A stretch of 55,292 nt of DNA, counting the filler, from Sphacelaria rigidula (Eukaryota), in assembly GCA_964200075.2 (NCBI GenBank). It is 4 parts of 4 records of this genome, joined end to end, with 100 filler letters (N's around TTAATTAATTAA, not from the genome) between each part and the next. Parts side by side here need not be neighbours in the genome. Positions count along the whole stretch, not along the records: positions 1 to 13,750 come from CAXNAA020002688.1; positions 13,851 to 27,600 come from CAXNAA020002689.1; 2 more parts are not named here. One strand, given 5' to 3'. Shown one piece after another: positions 13,301-24,559 of the stretch. Position numbers and translations under genes: made by a program. The notes under the pieces are model-generated. The model was not told the origin of the DNA. It did not search any database and worked only from the letters and a program-made list of their open reading frames with translations. Position 1 is the stretch's first letter. Every line of letters starts with the position of its first letter.

Positions 13301-13750
13301 CTCTTGAAGCTCATGCTGTTTTTCTTCCATATCTAGTTTATCGGTTCTCCATTTGTACACTTTACCCCGCCTATTTTGTTTAGGTCTCGTCTGTTGCCCT
13401 TCTGTCCATATTAGGCAGTGATCTGCGGTTCTCACGTCTTCTGCGCATACATACATTTCCGTTTTTGCACTATTTCTATGCTTTACCACCATGTAGTCAA
13501 GAACGGAGCGTTCTCTCTTATTTCCTGTACATTCCCTCGTCCATGTACATTGCTCCTCTGGCTTTAGTACTCTATCGTTCAGCGTCTTCATCTCGTTATG
13601 CTCAAGGAACTTGAGCATTTCTACACCATGTTCTTCTCATCTTCCCCGTATTGCCCAATGATATCATCCGGTTGACTTGCTTCCCCTACCCTTGCATTAA
13701 AATCTCCCACTAACATTACTTCTCCTTGCCTTTTATACTTACGTACATCT
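10400..13750 (-). mobile_element. Non-LTR retrotransposon (RTE/RTEX-like LINE), degenerate, cut by contig end
   Basis: AP-endonuclease motifs GDFNARVG, SVLDY and ADH (13082-13750). RT motifs NYRGVTLLS, QAGFRPNRSC, QGVPQRCTLSP and FVDD (12059-12681). The C-terminal HGPMDAAKKLKLR region is shared with the copy at 22063-24513. Multiple stops and frameshifts. Confidence 0.95.
10774..11143. mobile_element. Solo LTR (370 bp) inserted in the LINE
   Basis: Termini TGTT...AACA are flanked by the 5-bp direct repeat ACTTC (10769-10773 and 11144-11148). The segment is absent from the paralogous LINE copy near 22440. Confidence 0.85.
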
Positions 13751-13850
13751 NNNNNNNNNNNNNNNNNNNNNNNNNNNNNNNNNNNNNNNNNNNNTTAATT
13801 AATTAANNNNNNNNNNNNNNNNNNNNNNNNNNNNNNNNNNNNNNNNNNNN
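13751..13850. other. Synthetic contig spacer (44 N + TTAATTAATTAA + 44 N)
   Basis: An identical 100-bp structure occurs three times; the core gives stops in all six frames. Confidence 0.97.
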
Positions 13851-14189
13851 ATTGGTGGTATGCTCCTTGCACTCTGTGACCACGGGTTCGAGAGATCGAG
13901 CTAATGTGATGGATATGATGATGATGACATGAACTGCACAGCGCGCGAGGAACGAATGGACTCATCTGGTGTGATGATGTACGATACATCACGCACGATT
14001 TGATGCGGAGAGTATACTACAACCACCGCGGAGAGTGTGCATGTTTGAATGAAATGCACGCATGACACGTTCACCGTGAATACTTACAAACAGGTCGTAC
14101 GGCCGTGATGTACTCATTGTGTACTAGGTTACGGGCACTTGCCTTTGGGGCGTGGTACTATCTGCTCGGAACCAGGGTAAGGGGGATGT

Positions 14190-14690
14190 GCATGCCGTGG
14201 TCATGAGATCATTGACCTCGCATCCGTACACAGCCGGGGCGGAGCACGCCCGGTTTTCGCTGAACCAGGTTTGCCATCACCAAGCGCGAAGCGCCGTGAT
14301 GTGTTCGGCGAGTCGCATGAGGGGTCATGTGCAGCCTGCCAGAGTAGTTAAGCCCAGAACGAAATCATTATTTTCAATACGATGGCAGCCTGGAATGAAT
14401 CGCTTCATTTTTTTTGTAGCCACTTCCAGACACAGCCAGGGGTTACGCTGGCCCATGGGTGTCTCACGATTTGAACATCACGTAGTGAGATCATCTTCTT
14501 TGCGCGGAGTTGAGGCTCTCCATCCTGCACAATGACACAGCCTCATCACTGCATGCTCACCACAAAAGAAGTGCAAAGGACAACATCCCCGGTAACCTGG
14601 CTGCCTAGTTTACGCAGTGAGTGGCGTGTTATACATCGCCATTGCCAACCGACGCCAACCGTTAAAAGGGGGACCGTCGGAGGGGGGGCT
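14190..14690 (+). repeat. Dispersed non-coding repeat family B
   Basis: Shares gtgttcggcgagtcgcatgagg, cctag..acgcagtgagtggcgtgt and ttgccaaccgacgc with 18770-19300 (-), 19860-20060 plus 21850-21930 (+), and 40965-41435 (-). Confidence 0.8.
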
Positions 14691-14834
14691 ATTCATGATC
14701 TTGCAAACCGTGGTCGTAAGACCATTGGCCTCGCATTCCTACAAATCCAGGGCGAAGCACGCTGCGTTTGAAAAAAGCCTTTCTAAGGACCCCGACGGTC
14801 CGAAGCTTTATTATTTATCCGCTCAATATAACAG

Positions 14835-16315
14835 GAGCAAGCTGGTGGAATATCAAGATACCGGAAATATTGTTTGCTGGGATGTGTGTTCAAGCATTGC
14901 CGTATGTTTCGTTGTCCTACCGGGTAACAGCTTATTCGCGACCCTAACCCTCACAATGTGCTTGCCTCTGCCCCACCCTCTGCCGCATCCTTCTCCATGG
15001 CCAGTTCAACCGTGTACTTGTATTTGTCTGATCCAGATCTGGAGAATCCGTTGGGCGATCACGCTCAGAGCAGCTTCACCGGCAACGTGCCGTACACACG
15101 CCTCCAGGCCGGGACTAAAAAGTACAACTTCACCCAATCATCAATTGTACGTCCTGCTCAGGGGTACCGTAAACTCGTTTTGTTCTGTTCCTGTTGTTTG
15201 CTTTCGTTGCCGATCACTCATTGGTATATTCTACTGAATTTGTGTGTATGTACACGCGGGTGACACTATATTCGTGAGATGCAGAGGGTAGTTTCAGATT
15301 CAGAGTGAATGCTCTAGCGTTCTTAACAGGCAACGTTTTTTTTTGCTTGAGCACACGTGCTCTGCATGCCGCTACCGTACAGTACCCCATTCGAGGAATT
15401 CGGCGATCTGGTTGGTGAGATACCGCACAAGGAATTTTTACGCCTGGGGGGGGCTTTCGGAACTGAAACTGTTTCAGGCACTAATCGGTTTTTCCTGAAA
15501 GAGGGAATCTTTTGTTACCATTGACTGACTACGTCGTTGCGATCAAGTGATGTGTCAAATTGATCGTGTACGTGACAGCTTTCATTGAAGCCACCGCTTC
15601 ACCAGCTGGGCGCAATACTCCTCGAAGTGTGGCGATGTCAAAATCGAAGGGAAAGTCGATTGTTTCGTGTCTCCCCCTTAATCTGAAACTACCCTCTGAA
15701 TCTCACGAATATAGTGTTGGGTATACTTAGTCGTTGTTTTCTCGCTCCTTGCGATCTACACATTATCGACCGTCGATCTTGAAGCCGAAATCTACGACAC
15801 CAAATCTCAGCAGGTCCTCCCTGTTCGCGCGCATGCCCCTTGGTTGAGAGTATATCGTGTATAACGTGGTCCCCAATCCCTTCTTCCTGGACATTGCGCA
15901 TCCAAAATAGAAGATAAATCTCCTGCGGTCAACCCACTAGAGTCAATAGTACACTAGCAGGGTCGATCTGAGCCATCTGGCGCCGCAGGGGTCAACTCTT
16001 GTACGGCAAGGGTAGACCATCTGTTGAACCGGCATCAATTTCACTTGAAACAAACATGCATGATCCATGTGAACTACCGTCGCGGTCGAAGGGTCAAGCC
16101 GGGGTTTTGTGTTGTATACCTTCTATTCCGTTGTATGTTCTCGTCGAATCGTCCTGCGGTTGATTCACTTCGTCATCTCTGTGCGTGTCTGGCGCCATCA
16201 CCTTTGGTCCGCTCATCCAGTACTGAGAGTACGGCATGAACGGGTGTCAGCTGCTGCGATGAAGATCCGACTACTTATGCAGAATAGACCTGAGTACCTC
16301 GTGGGCGCTTCCTAA
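14835..16315 (+). CDS. Putative 3'-terminal exons of an unknown protein
   Basis: Exons 14835-14901, 15037-15168 and 16221-16315 have AG/GT ends and compatible phases (1,1), ending in TAA. Translation: EQAGGISRYRKYCLLGCVFKHCHLENPLGDHAQSSFTGNVPYTRLQAGTKKYNFTQSSIVRPAQGYLLRVRHERVSAAAMKIRLLMQNRPEYLVGAS*. No family recognised. Confidence 0.3.
16010..16108 (+). repeat. Short dispersed repeat (second copy about 20778-20880)
   Basis: Shared tgaaccggcatca...tgatcca...gcggtc.aggg in the same order. Confidence 0.6.
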
Positions 16316-16624
16316 CCCTATACCACAGCGATCCCATCGGCACTGGTACTGATGTTCCACAACTTCTTCCTTGATTGATGTCTTGCAGCTGATGGAGATG
16401 ACGGAGACCATTGATCTGGACGGCAAATCTACGAGGACATATTCCGCCGGAACGACGATCCCCGGCGAATATCATGTCAGTCTCACTCAGTATTCGCTCG
16501 GGTATTCTCTTCTTGATTGTTCTCTTGAAGATTGTTCATGGATTTAGTACGTGCCTTGCGTGTGGAGCAGAAGCGTCACCATCTCTCCCTTGATGAGTTG
16601 ACAAGTGATGAATAGACAAGCGAT

Positions 16625-16878
16625 CACGGTTCAAGCGAATCATCGCCAGTTCGAATCACCAAATCCATGATTTTTCAGGCCTGATTGCTCGAAAAAGATA
16701 GAAACATTGACCGCTGGTCTAGAAGGTTTCCACGCAATTTTTGCGCCGTTCCATGCCTGGGTTGCGCGTAACTGGGTTGCAATCCTGAAAACAAAGCCTA
16801 AGGATTGATTCGTACGGTACGAATCAATCACACTAAAATCAAGTAATTTATAGACGAATCATCAATTCGTCCGACCCT
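16625..16878 (-). mobile_element. MITE of about 255 bp with an internal perfect palindrome
   Basis: Inverted copy of 21113-21371. Imperfect TIRs of type GG(T)TCGGACGAAT. Palindrome gattgattcgtac-g-gtacgaatcaatc at 16803-16829. Confidence 0.75.
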
Positions 16879-18509
16879 CAATCGGACACTTTATACTCCG
16901 GGCGCTTCATCGGGATAAGCGGTAGGCCGGTTGAGAAAAAAAGTCATGTATCAACACTAAAAATATATATTCAAATTATACGCAAAAAAATACACTAAAA
17001 AAAAACACCCAAAACGCACTGAACAGGTGGGACACATTTCTCCTCCCGGGTATACACGCCGGTGACGTATCCCCTATTCACGACACGTCATTGTACAATG
17101 ATGCACCATGGTGCCTACATGACAAATACCAAATACGTCATTACATGAATATCCCCATGATCTGCCGAATGCATCGGCTTAAACAATACCTGTACTAGGC
17201 CGCATATACCCGATCCCTAGCCGAGGTACAAGCCCCTAAATGCAGATTGTAGTCCTGCGGAACAAATGGTGCGAGCGAAATCGATCATCCCCCCTGCTTG
17301 TTACAATTGTAATCCTTGAGCGTGAGTACATTTGATCAACTCTTGCAAGCAATCGAGACACCCGCGACAGAAGGCACTCGCAGGAGACAGCAAAGTGCTT
17401 CCGAAAGGTGTCGAAGGCCGTCCAGAACAAGCGAAGTGCGGGAATAAGTCGAGCATTTGAAGGTCCAGAAACTACAGCGCGAAAAATGCAAAGAGAGGCA
17501 AACGTGCAAAAGTGTATCGAGTGTCGAAAAGCTGCAATAGATACAGCAGAAGACGAGGAAATGGACAAGCAGGAGGTCGTGTTGATAGACGAACTACACG
17601 ACGGGTGATAATCGTCATCCTCTCTCCCTTTCGAGGATTGAAGCACATCGTTGCCCTTGTCCCCAAACGGAGCCTTGAAGTTTGCCATCGTGACATCCTC
17701 GCTCAGAGGTTGTTTTCGTGACAAAAGCCTATATATGACAAACGTTGTGGCGAATTCCTGTGAAAAATGACGAAAATGCGGGGGTAAGAACCAAAGCTTG
17801 GCGGGCGGGGGGGGGGTTATGTAGCGTCAGAATACATGTGTCTGTGTGCGTTGGCTCGATATGTGGTCGTTCATGAAGTAGAGTCAGCAATGAACAGGGT
17901 TACTTTCCAAAATGCACCGGAAAAACAGGAAGGCAAAAAGGTGGGTACACCATATTTCTCACGGTACGAAGAAATGACGTCATAATTGTTGTGTGGAGTC
18001 TGCAAAACTCAAGGAAAATGCAGGCGGAAACTGAAAGCTGGCGGTTTGTGTAAATCATAATTCTCAACGTGCCGGCAAGGGGCGTGAGAGTTGTTGGAAG
18101 CGTGTGCAAAACATGTACTCCTTGTAAAAACAACGCTCTGGACCACGCTGACCTGTTAGCACTGCTCTGGTTCTTCCGCTAAACGTGAGGACTTTTGAAT
18201 CACGCAGGCCAGCAGCGGAAGTCGGCTGTGTGGATACATTCAGGCCCTGGACAATACACAAGATGAAATGTATCTTTCCTAGACTGCAGGACGGCGGAAA
18301 CGGCAGGTCGGTACATGACTTGACACAATTCATGATTTGGCAAGTGTTTTTCAGGTCATGCGACCATCGATGTATATTGTTGGCACTACATGCTACCTCG
18401 GTAAATCGCTGAGAAGTTGACCCCGTTTTCTTCAAAAGTGAGCAAAAGCCGCAGGCTCCTGTTGTCGCAGTCATCGGACAGATTCCACTTTGCGCCGGAA
18501 GCCTCCCGC

Positions 18510-18680
18510 ATAACATGCTGTATGCAACTAGCTCCGTGTGGCGAATACGCGTGTGGGTGGCACACCCTGTTCGCCCGGTGGTTGCAATACGGCACGCCTC
18601 TCACGCAACATGCAGTATGCCACTAGCTCCGTATGGCGGAAACGCTTGCGAGATTCATCATGTTCGCCCGGTGGTTTATC
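18510..18680. repeat. Two-copy tandem duplication, about 95-bp period
   Basis: ctagctccgt.tggcg and tgttcgcccggtggtt each occur twice. Confidence 0.7.
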
Positions 18681-18769
18681 GGAACGAAGGATGTAATCGG
18701 AGCATGTGCTTAAAGCACAAGGTCTGCTCTTGGTCGGTGAAAATTCAAAGCAAGGGCGTCTTTTATCCC

Positions 18770-19300
18770 TCCCGCCTCCCGAGAGTTTTATTTCCGAGGC
18801 TTAGCGTCGGTTGGCAACTCCTTTGTAGGACACGCCACTCACTGCGTGAGCTAGGCAACCAGGTCACCGTTTTCGTTCTCGTTCTCGTTCTCGTTCTCGC
18901 TTGCGTCTGCTTTGCGGTAACCATGATGGTGGTCGAGTTGATCATACTTGTGCCGGGTGGAGAACCTCATCTCTCTGTGAATTGGATGGTCTTCATATGT
19001 AGTGTCCAAATCGTACGACACCCATGAGCCAGTGTAACCCGTGGCTGTTTTTGGAAGCGGACACATACCAGAAAATGAAGCAATTCATTCGTGGCTGCCA
19101 TCCATTTGCAAGAAAATGATCACACTTCAGGCCGAACAATCTTAGCAGGATGCCAATTACCTCTCATGCTGCTCACCGCACACATGACACCGTTTCACGC
19201 TCGGTGATGATAAGCGTGGTCCAGCGAAAACACAGCGTGTTCCGTCCCGGCGTTGTAGGGATGCAAGTTAATTAGTCTTACGACTAGGGCCTGCAAGATA
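18770..19300 (-). repeat. Dispersed repeat family B, inverted copy
   Basis: Reverse complement matches 14190-14690 (gcgtcggttggcaac, acacgccactcactgcgt). Confidence 0.8.
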
Positions 19301-19601
19301 ATGAGAACACGCCCCCCCCCCGCCTCCCGAGACGTATCGTTTGCGGTGTCGGACGTTCCCGCATCTTTTATACTGGAGATAACACCCGCTCAGTGAATGT
19401 CATCTGCGACAGTAACACACGCCCTGGGGATGATGACTGTTGTGTACAACAATGATGTAGGGGGTCCACACCTCGAGGTCATAGTTGGCCGGCTCTGATA
19501 ACATGTTCGGGACAACCTCTCAACCATAGCAAACTGTCCGATAAAGGTGGCAGCCACGGATATGCCACAGTCCATGCATTTCTGTCCGAACCGAATTACA
19601 T

Positions 19602-19849
19602 CCGCGGACACTTTCTACGATAGCCCCCCCCAAAAAAAACCCAGCTCAAAAGTGTCACGAAAAAATGGACATGAAGCGCCTCATATTGGCGACATTGGCT
19701 AGAACGAACCCAAGCGTGGGAATTCCCAGCTTCTCGTTGTGNNNNNNNNNNCGTTGTGCTCGGCTTTTCCCATTTCGATTTACGTGAAGACTTTGCCTCC
19801 CAAAACCATGCTCTTTTGGGGAGGGGGCTATCGTAGAAAGTGTCCGCGG
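19602..19849. mobile_element. MITE with 27-bp perfect TIRs (assembly gap inside)
   Basis: ccgcggacactttctacgatagccccc at 19602, and its reverse complement ending at 19849. Confidence 0.85.
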
Positions 19850-20540
19850 TGTTTGCCGGACCATGCTTGCGATCACCGAGCGCGAATCGCCGTAATGTGT
19901 TCGGCGAGTCGCATGAGGAATGAGCTACTATCGTTGTTTGGGCTGAAGCGTACCGTTTATCTTGCATAAGCTCATTTTCTGGTATCGCCAATTCCAGAGA
20001 CAGCCAAGGGTTGGTGTCTGCCTTGGCGTGGAGTTGAGGTCCTCCACCCGGCCCAAATATCATACATTATGGTAGCGTGTAGTCATTAAAGTAATTGCAT
20101 GAGAAAAAAGAACTGCACACAAGTGTGATCCCCCCCCAAAACACCCGTCTCTTAGCGCTACCAAAACGTTCAAGCCAGGTGTGGACACTATTATATTAAT
20201 ATCACCGCAACACATAAGTAACTCGAATGTATTGAACAAACTTGAAAAATGTAGCTTTCGTCAGGTGCCGGTCGCATTTCCAGAAAGCAAATGCAAGTTG
20301 CGGCAGCGCACGTCGAAAACGAGCACTGCTTTTGTTGGGGGGGGGATAGTTTTCTCGAAACCATGTTCGAGCATCACACCGCAGAACCAGTTGATATCGG
20401 CAGCCCGGAACCAGACAAATTGAAAGATCCATTCAGATTTTGAATCGTTGTGCTCGATCTCGAGATATGAACATTCGAAGAGGCGCACCTCGGGTAAACG
20501 AGCACCTAATCATCCGGCCCAAGGATAACATGGATATTAA

Positions 20541-20678
20541 GAGTCATCCTACGATAGGGGGGGGGTATTTGGTTGCACGAAAAAAGAGGCTCATAAGTGT
20601 GTCAGACANNNNNNNNNNCCAAACTCCGAGCAACAAACGGCCCAAAACACCCCCCCCCCCCCTATCGTAGGATGACTC
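20541..20678. mobile_element. MITE with TTAA target duplication, Kolobok-like termini (gap inside)
   Basis: TTAA|gagtcatcctacgatagggggggg ... cccccccctatcgtaggatgactc|TTAA. Confidence 0.8.
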
Positions 20679-20899
20679 TTAAGGCATAACATATCACAAA
20701 AATGTTTGTTTTCGTTTTGTTTTTATCCTGCGTGACACCGTTATCGGTGTGATTTTTTTAATCCTCAGACGGCGAGAGTAGGTCACCTGCTGAACCGGCA
20801 TCATTATTTACTTGTAAAACGTATGCGTGATCCAGATAGACTTCCCGCACAGCGGTCAAGGGGTTTTAAGCCATGGTTTGTTATATTTCAACCAAAATT

Positions 20900-21830
20900 G
20901 ACGATACTACGGTGGGTTATTTCTTCAATTTTGCACCTCGAGCCAGCCCAAGGGTAACTTTCAAAATCATGGATATTAAAGGATAAGTCATAACGGAAAT
21001 ATTTTTGCCTTGTTTGTTTTTCTCCTGCTTGACACTCTCACTGATGCGGTTTTTTGAAGCCATCGGTGATTATATTCCAATCACAATTTGACGATTCTAC
21101 AATGGAAAATCCAAGGGTCGGACGAATGAGTGGTTTGTGTGGAAATAACTTGATTCTAGAGTGTTTGATTCGTACCGTACGAATCAATCCTCAGGGTTTC
21201 TTTTCAGCGTTGCAACCCGGGTACGAGCAGCTCAGGCACGTGGAATGGTTCAAAAGTTGCGTGAAGACCTTTTTGATCAGCGGTGGTCACCATTTTTTCT
21301 CTTTGGAGCGATCAGATCTAAAAAATCGTGGATTTGGTGATCCGAACCGGCGGTAATTCGTCCGAACCGTGCAATGGTTTTTCAAAGCTTTCCCCCGAGT
21401 CAGCCCAAGGGTAACGTCCTAAAATCGTGGATATTAAGACACAAGTCATTACGGAATACTCCGTATATATTTTTCGTCTGTTTCTCTCCTGCGTGACACC
21501 CCAATTGATGCGGTCCTTTCAAGCCTTCATTTTCCATATTTCAATCACAATTTGATGATTCTAGCGTGAAATATTTTGTTCAAACTTCTACCCGGGGCCA
21601 GCCCAAGGCTTAGCTCCATATTCATGGATTTCAAAGCATAAATTACAAAATATTCGTTCTTCGTTGCTTTTCCTCCTGCGCAACACCTTCATTGATACGG
21701 TTGTTTTAAGCCATCGTTTGTCATATTCCGACCAAAATTGATGATTCTACAGTGCAATATTCATTCGAATATTTACCCGGAGCCAGCCCAAGGATAACGT
21801 CCAAAATCATGATATAAAGAAAAATAACGT
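20900..21830. repeat. Degenerate tandem repeat, about 185-200-bp unit, about 4 copies
   Basis: cagcccaagg recurs near 20945, 21401, 21599 and 21784, followed by ggatatt/ggattt, ctcctgc and aatttga.gattcta motifs. The first unit is interrupted by a MITE. Confidence 0.75.
21113..21371 (+). mobile_element. MITE of about 255 bp (same family as 16625-16878)
   Basis: Termini agggtcggacgaat ... attcgtccgaaccgtg. Internal palindrome ttgattcgtac-c-gtacgaatcaa at 21165-21187. Confidence 0.75.
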
Positions 21831-22062
21831 AAGCGTAAACAAGAACGATAAAGTGGTTTCCTACCCTACTGTGCGATTGGAGTGTTTTACGGTGTCGTTG
21901 CCAACCGACGCAAACCCTTAAAAGGGGGAGGGCAGGGTTGGGGAAGGGATGGAATGGGGATTTGTAGAAATGCTCCCACCAATGTACGCGCCTGCGATTC
22001 TTCGATGTGCTGTGTTCACTCAAACCTCACGTGAGACTTCACCGGCAGTATGTGGGGGGCGG

Positions 22063-24513
22063 AGGCTTACTTACTTGTTGCTTGCCTTAGACCTTCGACC
22101 ATTGACTACGCATCCTTTTCGAGACGGAGCACCGTTCCTACTCCTAATAGAGACACCTCCAACATTTAGATGCTCATGACGTTTCTTCCATACATCACAC
22201 GAAAACCTATTGCACATCACTTCCCCGTCCTGTTTCGCTGTCTGTGTTCACCATCTATCTCCGAGTATACCCAATTTTTTTTCGCTACCGTCTAATGTAT
22301 TAACCGGTTCCATGCTACCTCCGTTCACGTCCCGCATTTCCCCCTCTAGCACGTTCCGTTCCTCCTTGTATAGTTCACATTCTGCCACAACATGAGTTCC
22401 GCTCTCTATTGCTTTGTCACAGGGGCAATTATGTGCATCGACTCCCTCCTCCTCTCGACTACTTGTATACTTTTTTCTTCTTTCTGGCAGGCCCAGGTGC
22501 CCAACCCGAAATCGCAGTTGAAATTGTTTTGCCGCGTCCATTGGGCCATGCCAATATGTTTTCTCCTTATTCCCTCTCTCAACCCCCCGTATATCTTCAG
22601 GTTTTTTTCCTCGTCCACTCTGCGTCCGAGCATTTCCCCCCCCCCCCCCTCCTTTTTCTGTCATATCTCTTACTCTTGTCCTGCATCCCGCGCCTCCACC
22701 TATGGGCAGTACTTCGTCTTGGTTTCCTCCTATCTCCTCCCATACTTTCTCGACTTCTTTATCTCTTATTCCAGCCTGCCGTTTCGTAATTTTCTTCCAT
22801 ACAGCCTTATCAACTATAGCTGGAAATCTCTTTATGTGCATGTTATTGAGGCACTGTTGTCATCGCAATTTTCACATGCCTCTGTTAGTTTTACCTGAGT
22901 ACATTCCCAACTCTGCTCTTCAAGCTCTATTACTCGTCATTTCTGGCATTCACGAACTTTTTTAGCTGTTGCCATCTGTGCTGTTCCCGACTTCTTCACC
23001 AACTTCGCCTTCCCCTCCCATACTTCTCCTGCATGTTCCAGCCTTGGCACAATCACGTTCATCAGGATACATCTCTTGATCCTAGTGTCTAGGCGCGAGT
23101 CTCTGAGGATCACGTCCATCCTGCCTATCTGTGCCTTACCCTTCTCTATTACTTTTTTCATGTGTGCATCCCAAGATCAGTCTTTTGATATCTCTATGCC
23201 AAGGTATGTATACTGGTATACGACCGGCAATTCCTCTTCTTCTCACTTCCACTTGAACTCTACCGAATTTTTATTATCTTCGTTACAGACGAGTACCGCA
23301 CATTCGTCAACGCTCGCTGTTACCCTCCATTCCCTTGTGTATTCTAGCGTCTTTTCTATCTGTTTCTGTAATCCTTCCGGCATTCCTGAAATCCCCGCAA
23401 AATCGTCCGCGAACATCAACCCTGATATCATATCTCCACCCACCTTGATTTCTTGCTTTGCTACTTCTATTGCTATCATCAGGTCATTGGTAGATACCTT
23501 GAATAGAGCAGGTGACGATGCACGTCCTTGTGCAACTCCTTGTAAGACATAAAAACATTTCGATATTTCCCGCTTAGCATCATAGCGCTTTCGGCACATC
23601 CTGACATATTTTTGATTATTCTCCACATCTTCCTCTGATCGCTGTTTCCCGCAATTTCTTCCACACCCCATTTCTCCATACTATGTCATAAGCCTTTTGC
23701 ACGTCCAGAAAGAAACAGTTACGTTGTCAGCCCGGTGACTTTCCTACCCTGAATAACCTTACCTGATGTATACACATGGTCTACGCAACTACGGTTTGGT
23801 CTAATCCTGCTTGCCTCTCGCTGAGTTTCTCTCCCTATTCTAGCGTCGTTCCTACTCTATCGTTCTCCCTGAAGTGCGTGCTCAGTAGCGTTATCCCTCT
23901 ATTATTCCCTGGGCCAGCCTTGTCCCCTTTTTTAAAATGGTTGAAGACTATTCCTCCTCTCCACGTTTTGGGCGTGTACTCGTTTTTCCCAGATCCAGTT
24001 ACACAGTTTTATCATCATGGTAACCGTTCCCTCTCCCCCGTTCTTGGAAAACATATTTCACTATTTCGTCTGCCCCTGTTGCCTTTCTGTTCTTGAATGT
24101 AGCTACGCACTCAATCACTTTACCTCTGGTAAACTCTCTCTGCAAGTTTTTCGAGCCTCCATCCTCCCGCTTTGACCTCTCTACATTTGTCTCTGCCCAC
24201 GCGTTGATTTCTTCTTCGAATCCCATGTCGAACTCCGTGTCAGTTCTGGGCGTTCTTGGTTTACGGTAGTGCTCGACTATTGTAAACACAGCACTTCTTT
24301 TAGCGTTCTGTGCCCGGAGAGTGGCTATCCCCTTGTCCATCTTTCCTGCCTGGTTTCTCGCTATCCCTTTTATCCCTACACACATTTGTTTCATCCCGCC
24401 ATCGAAATCTTCATTTGTTTTCTTCACTACATCTTGCAATACTTCCTTCTCTTTCTCCTGTACCATTTGTTTTCACTTCCTTTCGAGCTTTGGTATACTC
24501 TTCCCATCCTGCC
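22063..24513 (-). mobile_element. 5'-truncated RTE/RTEX-like LINE with 15-bp TSD
   Basis: RT motifs QGVAQG..SP and MFADD (23243-23671). C-terminal CPC..ES..H..AEC Zn-binding-like motif. Short (TAAG)n 3' tail. Direct repeat gtatgtggggggcgg at 22048-22062 and 24514-24528. Confidence 0.95.
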
Positions 24514-24559
24514 GTATGTGGGGGGCGGTCATTTGCTCGAGTTTGATGTAAATTAGATG

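Noticed and set aside
10945..13336. Long + strand ORFs (also 22392-24556 and 35099-37389)
   Set aside because: They are antisense shadows of - strand LINE coding sequence.
13795..13806. TTAATTAATTAA palindrome as a biological site
   Set aside because: It occurs only at the centre of identical N-padded spacers, so it is an assembly linker.
15030..15060. HLENP as DNA methyltransferase motif VI
   Set aside because: Only a three-residue match; no PC motif or other methyltransferase motifs nearby.
17240..18500. Short charged or Cys-containing ORFs as gene or viral fragments
   Set aside because: Stops in all frames, no consistent splice model and no recognisable family.
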